Of a stretch of DNA of 64,000 bases, positions 50,274 through 58,997 are shown in pieces (positions within the stretch are counted from its first letter, which is position 1; each line of letters starts with the position of its first letter). Position numbers and translations under genes: made by a program. A model generated the notes under the pieces. It saw only the letters and a list, made by a program, of their open reading frames with translations. It did not search any database and was not told the DNA's origin. The stretch comes from Alphaproteobacteria bacterium (GTDB lineage Bacteria > Pseudomonadota > Alphaproteobacteria > UBA2966). The stretch spans positions 595 to 64,594 of the forward strand of contig JASLXG010000039.1 of NCBI GenBank assembly GCA_030740435.1, read 5' to 3'.

Positions 50274-51332
50274 ATGGCGGACATCGAGCCACGGTTCGAC
50301 TTTGCCGCCCTGGCCGGCGGGCCCGAGCCCATGGTGTTGCTGCTGCTGGTGCTGCTGGCCGATGCCGTGCTCGGCAATCCGGCCATTCTGCGGCGCTGGC
50401 TGCCGCATCCGGCGCTGCTGCTGGCGGTCACGGCGAGCGGCCTCGAGCGCCGCCTCAACCGCGGTGGCCGCAGCCCCGTCAAACGCCTGGTGCGCGGCGT
50501 CCTGGCCCTCGTTTTGGTGCTGGCGCTGGCGCTCGGGGCGAGCTGGCTGGTGCTTCTCGCCAGCGCCGTGCTGCCCTTTGGCTGGCTCATCGAGTTCCTC
50601 TTCCTGGCTTCGCTGATTGCCCAGCGCGGACCGCTGGACGAAGCCCGGCTGCTGCTGCGGGCGCTCGAAGGCGGCGGTCTCGAGGCGGGGCGGCAGGCGG
50701 CGGCCGAGATCGCCGGCCCGGCGGCGCAGAACATGGACCAGCCGGCCCTGGTTCGGGCCGCCGTCAGCCACCTGGCCGAGCGCCTGCTCGACGGCCTGGT
50801 GGCGGCGCTGTTTTGGCTCATCCTGCTCGGCCTGCCGGGACTGGCCGCCTACCAGGCCATCAACATCGCCGGCCGGCTCTGGGATGACCGCAATCCCGAA
50901 CGCCGCGATTTCGGCCTGGCGGCCAGCCGCCTCGACGACGTGGTGGGCTATCTGCCGGGCCGCCTGGCCGGCCTGCTGGTGGTGCTGGCCGCGGTCTTCG
51001 TGCCCTCGACCAGCCCCGGCGCGGCGCTGCGGGTGATGGGCCGCGATGCGCTGCGCCACCGCTCGCTCAGCCTGGCCTGGGTGGTGGCGGCCATGGCCGG
51101 CGCGCTGGGGCTGGCGCTGACCGAAGCCCGGGTTGCCCGCGGCCCCCAGGGCCGCGCGGCCCCCGCCGCCGAGCGCCAGGGCGCGGCGCCGAGCATTTGG
51201 CTGGGCCAACGCGAGGGCCGTGCCCTGGCCGGCACGGCCGACATCATGCGGGCGATTTACCTCTACGCCGTGGCGGCCCTGATCAGCTTCGCCCTCGTCA
51301 CCATGGTGGCCATGGTGCAGCTCTCGCTCTAG
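50274..51332 (+). CDS. cobD: adenosylcobinamide-phosphate synthase CobD/CbiB (membrane protein)
   Basis: Polytopic membrane protein with the CobD/CbiB pattern (…MVLLLLVLLADAVLGNP…WLPHP…, …AYQAINIAGRLWDDRNPER…). ATG at 50274. The ORF-track start at 50157 would overlap senC. Confidence 0.8.
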   Translation: MADIEPRFDFAALAGGPEPMVLLLLVLLADAVLGNPAILRRWLPHPALLLAVTASGLERRLNRGGRSPVKRLVRGVLALVLVLALALGASWLVLLASAVLPFGWLIEFLFLASLIAQRGPLDEARLLLRALEGGGLEAGRQAAAEIAGPAAQNMDQPALVRAAVSHLAERLLDGLVAALFWLILLGLPGLAAYQAINIAGRLWDDRNPERRDFGLAASRLDDVVGYLPGRLAGLLVVLAAVFVPSTSPGAALRVMGRDALRHRSLSLAWVVAAMAGALGLALTEARVARGPQGRAAPAAERQGAAPSIWLGQREGRALAGTADIMRAIYLYAVAALISFALVTMVAMVQLSL

Positions 51333-52018
51333 CCGCCGGCCGCCTTGGCCAGGGCGGCCCGCAGGGCTGCCGCATCGCGCTTCGAGACGGCGCGCTTGAG
51401 AATGATGTCCTGGGGCGTCACGGCCTTGCCGTAGTAGGCCTTGTTGGCGTCGGCGTCGGGCTGGATCACGGCGCCCTCGACGGAGGCGCCGGCGAAAAGG
51501 CCCTTGTTGCGCGAGTAGGAATAAACGTCGTCGCGCAGGTTGGTGGTGGTCGCCGTCTCGCGGCCCACGCCCTGGGGCCCGGCGGCGGCGCTCAACTCGG
51601 CGCCCAGCTTGACCCGGTTGTGCAGCACCGCATCGAGGGCGCGCTCGGTCATCATCAGCAGTACCACCTCGGAGGACTGGGCGCCGATCTGCAGGCCGAT
51701 GCTGCCGGCACCCAGGTTGAAGAAGGCCGGTGCCGACCAGCCCCGCTGGCCGCGGGCGAGCAGCACGCCGGAGCCGCCGGCGCCGCCCAGGATGAACCCG
51801 GCCTTGAGCATTTGCGGCACTACCAGCACAGCCTTTGCCCGCTTGAGCAAGGCCCGCATGGGCGCCATCTTGGCATCACCGGCAAAACTTTCGACGGTGA
51901 TGCGGGCGCGGTCGACCAGGGCCTGTTGGTCGTCGGCCAGGGCCGCCGGCGCGGCCAGCCCCATGGTCAGCACGATGAGCGCGGCCAGGGCTGAGCGGCT
52001 GCCGATTGATCTGGTCAT
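51329..52018 (-). CDS. SYLF (Ysc84-like) lipid-binding domain exported protein
   Basis: Signal peptide, then the SYLF-like pattern (…VVPQMLKAGFILGGAGGSGVLLAR…FFNLGAGSIGLQIGAQSSEVVLLMMTERA…). Convergent with cobD, overlapping it by 4 nt. Confidence 0.7.
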   Translation of the reverse strand: MTRSIGSRSALAALIVLTMGLAAPAALADDQQALVDRARITVESFAGDAKMAPMRALLKRAKAVLVVPQMLKAGFILGGAGGSGVLLARGQRGWSAPAFFNLGAGSIGLQIGAQSSEVVLLMMTERALDAVLHNRVKLGAELSAAAGPQGVGRETATTTNLRDDVYSYSRNKGLFAGASVEGAVIQPDADANKAYYGKAVTPQDIILKRAVSKRDAAALRAALAKAAGG

Positions 52019-52072
52019 GGTTTTGCTTCCTCTCCCTTGCAGGATTGAACGTCGGCCCAGCTTAGCAGACCT

Positions 52073-52352
52073 TTAACCCGCATTTCTCACCGGGTCACGG
52101 CCTGCGTCGCTCCCAGGTGATGTGATCCGCTAGGAAAAGACCGAAGCGCGTAGTGGTACTACGCGCTTCGGTCTTTGACAACGCGGGCGCGCGCACAGGG
52201 ACACTGCGGAGCGACCCTGCGGGCGCCGCTGTCGCACCGACAGGGTGTGTCACGCTGCTTGCCCGATGTCCCACATCGCGCGGCGCAGCGTTCCTACCCT
52301 TTCGGCGCGACAGCGACGCGCAGGCCATGACCCGGTGAGAAATGCGGGTTAA
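52073..52352. repeat. 280-bp MITE-like element bounded by about 40-bp terminal inverted repeats (TTAACCCGCATTTCTCACCGGGTCACGGCCTGCGTCGCT), with an internal perfect hairpin
   Basis: Left arm is 52073-52111. Right arm is 52312-52352 (AGCGACGCGCAGGCCATGACCCGGTGAGAAATGCGGGTTAA). The outer 25 bp are perfectly complementary, and the next approximately 14 bp match with 1 mismatch and a 2-bp indel. Both ends abut TTAA. Internal hairpin at about 52137-52175 (AAGACCGAAGCGCGTAGT-GG-TACTACGCGCTTCGGTCTT). Confidence 0.55.
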
Positions 52353-52375
52353 GCCCGTTGCCGCGAACGAAATAG

Positions 52376-53011
52376 TCAACCCGCCCGGCTGTTGCTGAAG
52401 GCCAGCCGCCAGTCGCCGCCCAGGCCCTCGCCCGGCATGTGGTCGAGGCGGGTGGTACCCAGGTTCTCGACGGCGATCGAGAGCGCCCTGTCGGGCTCCA
52501 TGTTCATGGCGTAGGCGATGGCGGCGCGGATGGTGCCGCCGTGGATGACGGCGACGATGCTGCGCCCGCGAAAGCGCTCGGTGTGGCGCTCCAGCGCCAG
52601 GCCCACGCGCTCGATGACGTCGAGGAAGCTCTCGCCGCCGGGCGGCCGGTGGCCGGCCGGGGCCAGCCAGTAGCGGTGCCACTGGCCGGCGGCGGCGATC
52701 TTGGCCAGATCCATGGCCAGGTCGTCGTAGCGCTTCATCTCCCATTCGCCGTAGCGCTGTTCGGCCAGGTCGGGCTCGATCAGGCGCTGGTCCTGGTTGA
52801 CCCCGGCGGCGGCGATGGCGTCGGCGGTCTGCTGGGTGCGTTTGAGGCCGCTGGTCAGCCACACGGCTGCGTCGGGCAACCAGCCGGGAAAGGCCGCGAA
52901 CATGGTCTCGTCGGAGACGTCGGCGGCCACGTCGGAGCCGCCGTAGAAAAGATCCTGGGCCCCCACCACCGGGGCATGCCGGATCAGCCACCACCGTGTA
53001 CGTTCATTCAT
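52376..53011 (-). CDS. histidine phosphatase family protein (phosphoglycerate mutase-like; possibly alpha-ribazole phosphatase CobC)
   Basis: RHG-type catalytic motif near the N-terminus (WWLIRHAPV), with a second His (…VAVIHGGTIRAAI…). The CobC function is only suggested because cobD lies nearby. Confidence 0.7.
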   Translation of the reverse strand: MNERTRWWLIRHAPVVGAQDLFYGGSDVAADVSDETMFAAFPGWLPDAAVWLTSGLKRTQQTADAIAAAGVNQDQRLIEPDLAEQRYGEWEMKRYDDLAMDLAKIAAAGQWHRYWLAPAGHRPPGGESFLDVIERVGLALERHTERFRGRSIVAVIHGGTIRAAIAYAMNMEPDRALSIAVENLGTTRLDHMPGEGLGGDWRLAFSNSRAG

Positions 53012-53038
53012 CCGTTGTTACCTCGAGTCCTGTCGATC

Positions 53039-53875
53039 TCATTCGCCGATCTGGTGCAACAGCCCGTGTTTGCGGGCCGAGCGGAAGAAGCCCAAGAAGA
53101 TGCTCACGCCGAGGCCGAGATAGATGACGTTGAGGCCGATGGCCTTGAGCATCAGCTCGGGCAGGAAGCGGCCCTCGACCAGGATCGCCCGCATGCCCTC
53201 GAAGACATGGCTGGCCGGCAGCAGCGCCGACACGGTCTGCAGCCATTCGGGCAGCACCGCCACCGGGTAATAGATGGCGCAAACTGGCGCTATGGCGAAG
53301 ATCAGGGCCCAGGCCAGGCTCTCGGCGCCCAAGCCCCAGCGCAGCACGATGCCCGAGACCGCCAGACCGAAAGCCCAGCCCATGACAACCAGATTGAGGA
53401 AAAAGCCGACCAGTGCGAAGCCCAGCGAATAGACCGAGAAGCCGAAAAAGGCGATGGCCAGCAAGGTGGCGGGAAGGGCGCCGATGACGGTGCGGCAGAA
53501 GCTGGTGGCAAAGAGCGCCACCATCAGCTCGCTGGGCCTCAGCGGACTGACGAAGAGGTGGCCCAGGTTGCGCGACCACATCTCCTCGAAGAACGACAAT
53601 GAGACGCCCAACTGGCTGCGAAAGAGAATGTCCCAGAGCAGCACGGCGCTGATCAGCACGCCCAGGGCCTGGGCCACGTAGTTCGAGCTCTGGGCCAGGA
53701 ACTGGGTGAGGAAACCCCACAGGATCATCTGTACCGTGGGCCAGTAGGCCAGTTCCAAAAGCCGGGGCCAGGAGCTGCGGATGAGGTAGGTGTAGCGCAG
53801 CACCATGGCAAAAACGCGCTGGGCCGAGAAAATATCGGCCGGAGCCCGCGGCCCGGTGCCCACCTGGTCCCTCAT
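53039..53875 (-). CDS. ABC-2 type transporter permease
   Basis: Six predicted TM segments with ABC-2 family character (…WPTVQMILWGFLTQFL…). The start overlaps the ATPase gene stop (ATGA at 53872-53875). Confidence 0.8.
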   Translation of the reverse strand: MRDQVGTGPRAPADIFSAQRVFAMVLRYTYLIRSSWPRLLELAYWPTVQMILWGFLTQFLAQSSNYVAQALGVLISAVLLWDILFRSQLGVSLSFFEEMWSRNLGHLFVSPLRPSELMVALFATSFCRTVIGALPATLLAIAFFGFSVYSLGFALVGFFLNLVVMGWAFGLAVSGIVLRWGLGAESLAWALIFAIAPVCAIYYPVAVLPEWLQTVSALLPASHVFEGMRAILVEGRFLPELMLKAIGLNVIYLGLGVSIFLGFFRSARKHGLLHQIGE

Positions 53876-54624
53876 GCCTCCACCTCAAGCGCCGCGCCAC
53901 GGCCGCGGGCGACGTCGAGAAACACTTCCTCGAGGGTGGGCCGGCCGTAGCGTCCCAGCAGCTCGGCCGGCGGGCCGCGGTCGACCAGGCGGCCGGCCCG
54001 CAGCATCAGCACGTCGTCGCACAGCCGCTCGACCTCGTTCATGTTGTGCGACGCCAGCAGCACGGAGGCACCGCTCCGGTGCTGGTAGTCGGCCAGGGTG
54101 CCGCGCACCCAGTCGCCGACGTCGGGATCGAGCGACACCGTGGGCTCGTCGAGCAACAACAGCTCGGGCTCGTTGATCAGGGCCTTGGCCAGGGCCACCC
54201 GGGTGCGCTGGCCGGCCGAGAGCGTGCCGAAGGGGCGGTCGACGAAGGCGCCCAGGTCGAACATCTCGGTCATTTCGCCGAGCCGGCGGTCGATGGCCCG
54301 GAGACCATAGAGGTGGGCATAGATGCGCAGGTTCTGGCGCACTGTAAGGCGGTGCGGCAGGTCGACGTAGGGCGAGGAGAAGTTGAGCCGCGGCAGCACC
54401 CGGTGGCGCCGGCGCAGCATGTTCTCGCCCAGCACCTCGACGCGGCCGGAGCTGGGCAACAGCAGCCCCAGCAAGATGGCGATGGTGGTGGTCTTGCCGG
54501 CGCCGTTGCCGCCCAGCAGCGCCGTGGTCTGGCCGCGGGCGATTTGGAAGTCGAGGCCGTCGACGGCGACCACGTCTCCGTAGTGCTTACAGAGGCCTTC
54601 GACAATGATGGCGGGCTCGGGCAT
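53872..54624 (-). CDS. ABC transporter ATP-binding protein
   Basis: Walker A GGNGAGKTT, signature LSAGQRTRVA, Walker B LLLLDEPT and an H-loop. Confidence 0.92.
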   Translation of the reverse strand: MPEPAIIVEGLCKHYGDVVAVDGLDFQIARGQTTALLGGNGAGKTTTIAILLGLLLPSSGRVEVLGENMLRRRHRVLPRLNFSSPYVDLPHRLTVRQNLRIYAHLYGLRAIDRRLGEMTEMFDLGAFVDRPFGTLSAGQRTRVALAKALINEPELLLLDEPTVSLDPDVGDWVRGTLADYQHRSGASVLLASHNMNEVERLCDDVLMLRAGRLVDRGPPAELLGRYGRPTLEEVFLDVARGRGAALEVEA

Positions 54625-54747
54625 GGCGCCAATATGGGGCCAAAGCGGCGCTGCCGCCAGGGTGAGAAATGCGAGCTGGTTGCCCTATGTGTGCTATGTT
54701 GGCGCCCCAGGGACCGGGCGGCGGCCAACCGCCACTGATGGCAAGAC

Positions 54748-56073
54748 ATGTTGAGTTCGGCGATCGATCTTTCCGACAAGAGCGGCGCGGCGCCGCTGGT
54801 GCAGCCGCTGGGCACCGGCCGGGTACGCCTTTATACCCTGGTGATGGTGCGCTGGTTCGCCGTCTTGGGCCAGCTCAGCGCCGTGTTCTTCGTGCACTCC
54901 GGCCTGGGCTTTCCCCTGCCGCTGGAATTGGCGCTGGCCACCATCACGGCATCGGTGGTGCTCAACGTCGTGGTCTCGCAGCGCTATCCGGTGGCGACCC
55001 GGCTCAGCGACCGCGAGGCGGCGCTGTTTCTGGCCTACGACATCGTGCAATTGGCCGTGCTGCTGAGTTTGACCGGCGGATTGACCAACCCCTTCGCACT
55101 TTTGTTTCTCGTCTCGGTGACCATTTCGGCCACCATCCTCAGCCTGATATCGACTATTCGGCTCGTTCTCTTGGCCACCGCCTGCCTGTCGCTGGTCGCC
55201 GTTTTCCACCAGCCGCTGCCCTGGAGCCAGCCGCCACCGGTATTTTCGGCCACCTACGTCGCCGGCGTCTGGTGTTCGCTGGTGACAGGCATGATCTTCA
55301 TCACGGTCTATGCCTGGCGCGTGGCCGAGGAGGCGCGGCGCATGTCGGACGCCCTGGCGGAAGCCCACATGGCGCTGTCGCGCGAGCAGCAGCTGTCGGC
55401 GCTGGGCGGCTTGGCGGCGGCGGCGGCGCACGAGCTGGGCACGCCGCTGGGCACCATTACGCTGGTGGCCAAGGAACTGGCCCTGGAGCTCGAGCAGGAA
55501 AGCCCGCTGACCGACGACGTCGAGCTCATCCTGAGCCAGGCCGAACGCTGTCGTGACATCCTCAACCAGCTGTCGCGGCGCCCGGCCCAGGAGCGACCGG
55601 GACCGTTCGCCGTGTTGCCGGTGGCGGCGCTCTTGGACGAGGTGGCCGAGAAGTATCGCCGCGACGGCATCACCATCTCCCTCGACACCGGCCTGTCGGA
55701 CGAACAGCCGCTGATCCGCAGGGTGCCGGAAATCGTTCACGGCCTGGGCTATCTGATCGAAAATGCCGCCGACTTTGCCCGTCTTGAAGTACGCGTCGGC
55801 GTCGCCATTGACGCCGACGACCTGACCATCTCGGTGGTCGACGATGGCCCCGGCATCGCCGGCAGCATGCTTAGCGCGCTTGGCGAGCCCTACGTCTCGA
55901 GCCGGCCCTCGAGCGGCATGGGGCTGGGCGTCTTTATCGCCAAGACGCTGCTGGAACGGACCGGCGCCCGGGTGGAATTTGCTAACCGGCGTGGCGGCGG
56001 CGCCAAGATTGACATAACATGGCCGCGAAAACTGTTGGATGAGATGCAGTCACTCGAATTGGCCGGATTATGA
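54748..56073 (+). CDS. regB: RegB/PrrB/ActS-family redox-responsive sensor histidine kinase
   Basis: Six N-terminal TM helices; H-box AAAAAHELGTPLGTITL; HATPase_c (…VVDDGPGIAGSMLSALGEPYVSSRP…GMGLGVFIAK…); and the conserved redox Cys region (AERCRDILNQL). Confidence 0.85.
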   Translation: MLSSAIDLSDKSGAAPLVQPLGTGRVRLYTLVMVRWFAVLGQLSAVFFVHSGLGFPLPLELALATITASVVLNVVVSQRYPVATRLSDREAALFLAYDIVQLAVLLSLTGGLTNPFALLFLVSVTISATILSLISTIRLVLLATACLSLVAVFHQPLPWSQPPPVFSATYVAGVWCSLVTGMIFITVYAWRVAEEARRMSDALAEAHMALSREQQLSALGGLAAAAAHELGTPLGTITLVAKELALELEQESPLTDDVELILSQAERCRDILNQLSRRPAQERPGPFAVLPVAALLDEVAEKYRRDGITISLDTGLSDEQPLIRRVPEIVHGLGYLIENAADFARLEVRVGVAIDADDLTISVVDDGPGIAGSMLSALGEPYVSSRPSSGMGLGVFIAKTLLERTGARVEFANRRGGGAKIDITWPRKLLDEMQSLELAGL

Positions 56074-56657
56074 ACAAGAGCGGGAAGCCCGAACAAAACG
56101 GCGAGGATCCTGGCGGGATCGAAGCCGGCGAAGAAGGCAGCCTGCTTATCGTCGACGACGATGAGCCCTTTCGAGCCCGCCTGAGCCGGGCCATGGAAAG
56201 CCGGGGCTTTGACGTCAGCGCGGCCAGTGGCATCAGCGATGCCGTGGATCTGGCGAGGCGCGCCCGGCCGGCCTTCGCCGTGGTCGACCTCAAGCTGCTG
56301 GACGGCTCGGGCCTCGATATCGTGCCCGAGCTGCGTGAGATCCGTGCCGATATGCGCATCATCATCCTCACCGGCTACGGCAACATCGCCACCGCGGTGG
56401 CGGCGGTGAAGCAGGGCGCCGTCGACTACCTGGCCAAGCCGGCCGATGCCGACGCCATCGTTGCCGCCCTGATGGCCGGCGATGACGAACGGCCGCCGCC
56501 GCCGGAGCGGCCGATGTCGGCCGACCGGGTGCGCTGGGAGCACATTCAGCGGGTCTTCGAAATGTGCGACCGCAACGTCTCGGAAACCGCCCGGCGCCTC
56601 AACATGCACCGGCGCACCCTGCAGCGCATCCTGGCCAAGCACTCGCCGCGCGAATGA
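56070..56657 (+). CDS. regA: RegA/PrrA/ActR response regulator (receiver plus Fis-type HTH)
   Basis: Receiver domain (SLLIVDDDEPFRARL…VVDLKLLDGSGLDIV…) and the nearly invariant RegA C-terminal HTH (…WEHIQRVFEMCDRNVSETARRLNMHRRTLQRILAKH). ATGA overlap with regB. Confidence 0.92.
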   Translation: MNKSGKPEQNGEDPGGIEAGEEGSLLIVDDDEPFRARLSRAMESRGFDVSAASGISDAVDLARRARPAFAVVDLKLLDGSGLDIVPELREIRADMRIIILTGYGNIATAVAAVKQGAVDYLAKPADADAIVAALMAGDDERPPPPERPMSADRVRWEHIQRVFEMCDRNVSETARRLNMHRRTLQRILAKHSPRE

Positions 56658-57427
56658 CCGGCGCCGCCAGCCTGCCCCCCAGCCCGTCCCCCAGACTGCC
56701 CACCGGGCACCGGGTCTTTGCCGTGGGCGACATCCACGGCCGGGTCGATCTCTTGCGCACCCTCCATAGCCGCATCCGCCGCGAGCTCGAGACCAAGCCT
56801 TCGGGCCGCAACCTCATCGTCTATCTCGGCGACTACATCGACCGCGGCGGCCACAGCCGGGAGGTCGTCGATTGTCTGCTCGACGATGGCGTGGCCGGCG
56901 CCGAGGCGGTGCATCTGATGGGCAATCACGAGGAGTTCCTGCTCACCTTCCTCGACGCTCCGGAAGACAACTCGGTCTGGCTCTTCAACGGCGGCGACGC
57001 CACGCTGGGCAACTACGGCGTCGATGTCAGCGATCCCACCCTGCAGGCCGACGGCTTGACCTGGTTGCGCGACGAACTGGTGCGGCACCTGCCCCCCAGG
57101 CACCTCGATTTCTTCCGCCGCCTGACCTACTGGCACAGCGAGGGCGATTTCTTTTTCGTCCATGCCGGCCTGCGCCCCGGCGTGGCGCTGGAGGAACAGA
57201 GCCGGCACGACATGCTGTGGATCCGCCACGAGTTCCTCGAATCGACGGCCGACTTCGGCAAGATCGTGGTGCACGGCCACTCGCCGCTGAACGAGGTTTG
57301 CCAGCGGCCCAACCGCATCGGCATCGATACCGGGGCCTATTCCACTGACGTGCTTACGGCCATCGTGCTCGAGGGCAGCGAGCGGCACTTCATCCAGACC
57401 GGGGCGCAATCCGGGATCGCGGCCTGA
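56654..57427 (+). CDS. PPP-family metallophosphoesterase (Ser/Thr protein phosphatase / ApaH-like)
   Basis: PPP motifs GDIHG, GDYIDRG, GNHE and a …VHGHSP… segment. The ATG at 56654 overlaps the regA stop (ATGA). Confidence 0.8.
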   Translation: MTGAASLPPSPSPRLPTGHRVFAVGDIHGRVDLLRTLHSRIRRELETKPSGRNLIVYLGDYIDRGGHSREVVDCLLDDGVAGAEAVHLMGNHEEFLLTFLDAPEDNSVWLFNGGDATLGNYGVDVSDPTLQADGLTWLRDELVRHLPPRHLDFFRRLTYWHSEGDFFFVHAGLRPGVALEEQSRHDMLWIRHEFLESTADFGKIVVHGHSPLNEVCQRPNRIGIDTGAYSTDVLTAIVLEGSERHFIQTGAQSGIAA

Positions 57428-57505
57428 AGGGCAGGCCGCTGCCGGCGTCTGGCGGCCACAAAAGCCGTGTCGCAAGCCGGACTTTAGGCTAAAAGAGTTC
57501 GCGAT

Positions 57506-58996
57506 ATGGTCGATCCCGCAACCATCGCCACACGCCTCGAGGGCTTGGCCGGGGTGCGCGTGTTGGTGGTCGGTGACGTCATGCTCGACCAATACGTCTC
57601 GGGTTCCGTCGAGCGGGTGTCGCCAGAGGCACCGATCCCGGTGCTGCGCATCGAACACCAACAGAGCGCGCTGGGCGGTGCCGGCAACGTCGCCCGCAAC
57701 GTCGCCGCGCTGGGCGGCCGGGCCAGCCTGCTGGCCAGCGTCGGCGACGACGAGGCCGGCCGCCGGGTGGGGGCGCTGCTGGCGGCCGAGCCAAACATCG
57801 AACCGGCCTTGATCGAAGTGGCGGGCCGCCCGACCACGGTCAAGACCCGCTACCTGGCGGCTGGCCAACAGCTCCTGCGCAGCGACCTCGACGCCCCCGG
57901 CGAGCTGCCCGAAGCGAGCCGCCAGGCCCTGGCCGAGGCGGCCACCCGGATCCTCGCGGACAGCGATATCGTGGTGCTTTCCGATTATGCCAAGGGCACG
58001 CTGGGCGCGGCGTTCTTGGGCGATCTGATCGCCGCCGCCGGGGCTGCCGGCAAGGAGGTCGTCGCCGATCCCAAGAGCGCCGACTTCAGCCGCTACGCCG
58101 GCGTCACGCTGCTCACCCCCAACCGGGCAGAACTCGAGCTGGCCGGCGGCCGCGCCATCACCGACGACGCCAGCGCCGAGGCCGCGGCCCGGGCCGTGGC
58201 GAACCAACACGGCCTGGCCGCCGTGCTGCTGACCCGTGGCGCCCAGGGCATGACCCTGGTCGATCTGCGCCAAGATGGCGAAGGCGTGGTGCATTTGCCG
58301 GTCCAAGTCCGCGAAGTGTTCGACGTCTCAGGCGCCGGCGATACCGTGGTGGCGACCATGGCCCTGGCCCGCGGCGCCGGTTGCCGGCTGGGCGAGGCGG
58401 CCGAATTGGCCAATCTGACGGCCGGCATCGTGGTCGGCAAGGTGGGCACCGCGGCGGTCTATCCGGGCGAGGTGATGGCTGCCGCGGAGGGCGCCTGGGG
58501 CGCCGGCCAACGGCCCGAAGCCAAGGTGCTGGAGTTGGCCCCGGCGCTGGAGGTGGTGGAACGCTGGCGCCGCCAGGGCGAACGCCTGGTCTTCACCAAC
58601 GGCTGCTTCGACCTGCCGCACCCGGGCCACGTTGCGCTTCTGGAGCGCGCCCGGGCGGCCGGCGACCGCCTGGTGGTGGGCCTCAACGGCGATGCCTCGG
58701 TGACCCGGCTCAAGGGTGCCGGCCGGCCGATCCAGGGCGAGGCGGCCCGGGCCACGGTGCTGGCCTCGTTCGCCGCCGTCGACCTGGTGGTGATCTTCGC
58801 CGCCGATACGCCGCGCCAGCTGATCGAAGCCTTGCGTCCGGACCTCTTGGTCAAAGGCGCCGATTACAGCCTCGATCAGGTGGTGGGGGCGGACATCGTG
58901 GCCGGCTATGGCGGCCAAGTGATGCTGGTCGAGCTCGAGCCCGGCCACAGCACCAGCCAAACCATCGCCCGTCTGGCGGCGGAGGGAGAAGACTGA
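57506..58996 (+). CDS. hldE: bifunctional D-glycero-beta-D-manno-heptose-7-phosphate kinase / heptose-1-phosphate adenylyltransferase
   Basis: N-terminal PfkB-like kinase (…VLVVGDVMLDQY…DVSGAGDTVVA…) and C-terminal cytidylyltransferase-like domain (…LVFTNGCFDLPHPGHVALLE…). 496 aa. Confidence 0.9.
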   Translation: MVDPATIATRLEGLAGVRVLVVGDVMLDQYVSGSVERVSPEAPIPVLRIEHQQSALGGAGNVARNVAALGGRASLLASVGDDEAGRRVGALLAAEPNIEPALIEVAGRPTTVKTRYLAAGQQLLRSDLDAPGELPEASRQALAEAATRILADSDIVVLSDYAKGTLGAAFLGDLIAAAGAAGKEVVADPKSADFSRYAGVTLLTPNRAELELAGGRAITDDASAEAAARAVANQHGLAAVLLTRGAQGMTLVDLRQDGEGVVHLPVQVREVFDVSGAGDTVVATMALARGAGCRLGEAAELANLTAGIVVGKVGTAAVYPGEVMAAAEGAWGAGQRPEAKVLELAPALEVVERWRRQGERLVFTNGCFDLPHPGHVALLERARAAGDRLVVGLNGDASVTRLKGAGRPIQGEAARATVLASFAAVDLVVIFAADTPRQLIEALRPDLLVKGADYSLDQVVGADIVAGYGGQVMLVELEPGHSTSQTIARLAAEGED

Positions 58997-58997
58997 G

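Noticed and set aside
52073-52352. Cobalamin riboswitch, considered because cobD and a CobC-like phosphatase are nearby
   Set aside because: No B12-box (GCCACUG-like) or conserved riboswitch core was found. The perfect 25-bp terminal inverted repeats favour a MITE-like repeat. The element is also not upstream of a cobalamin gene in the correct orientation.
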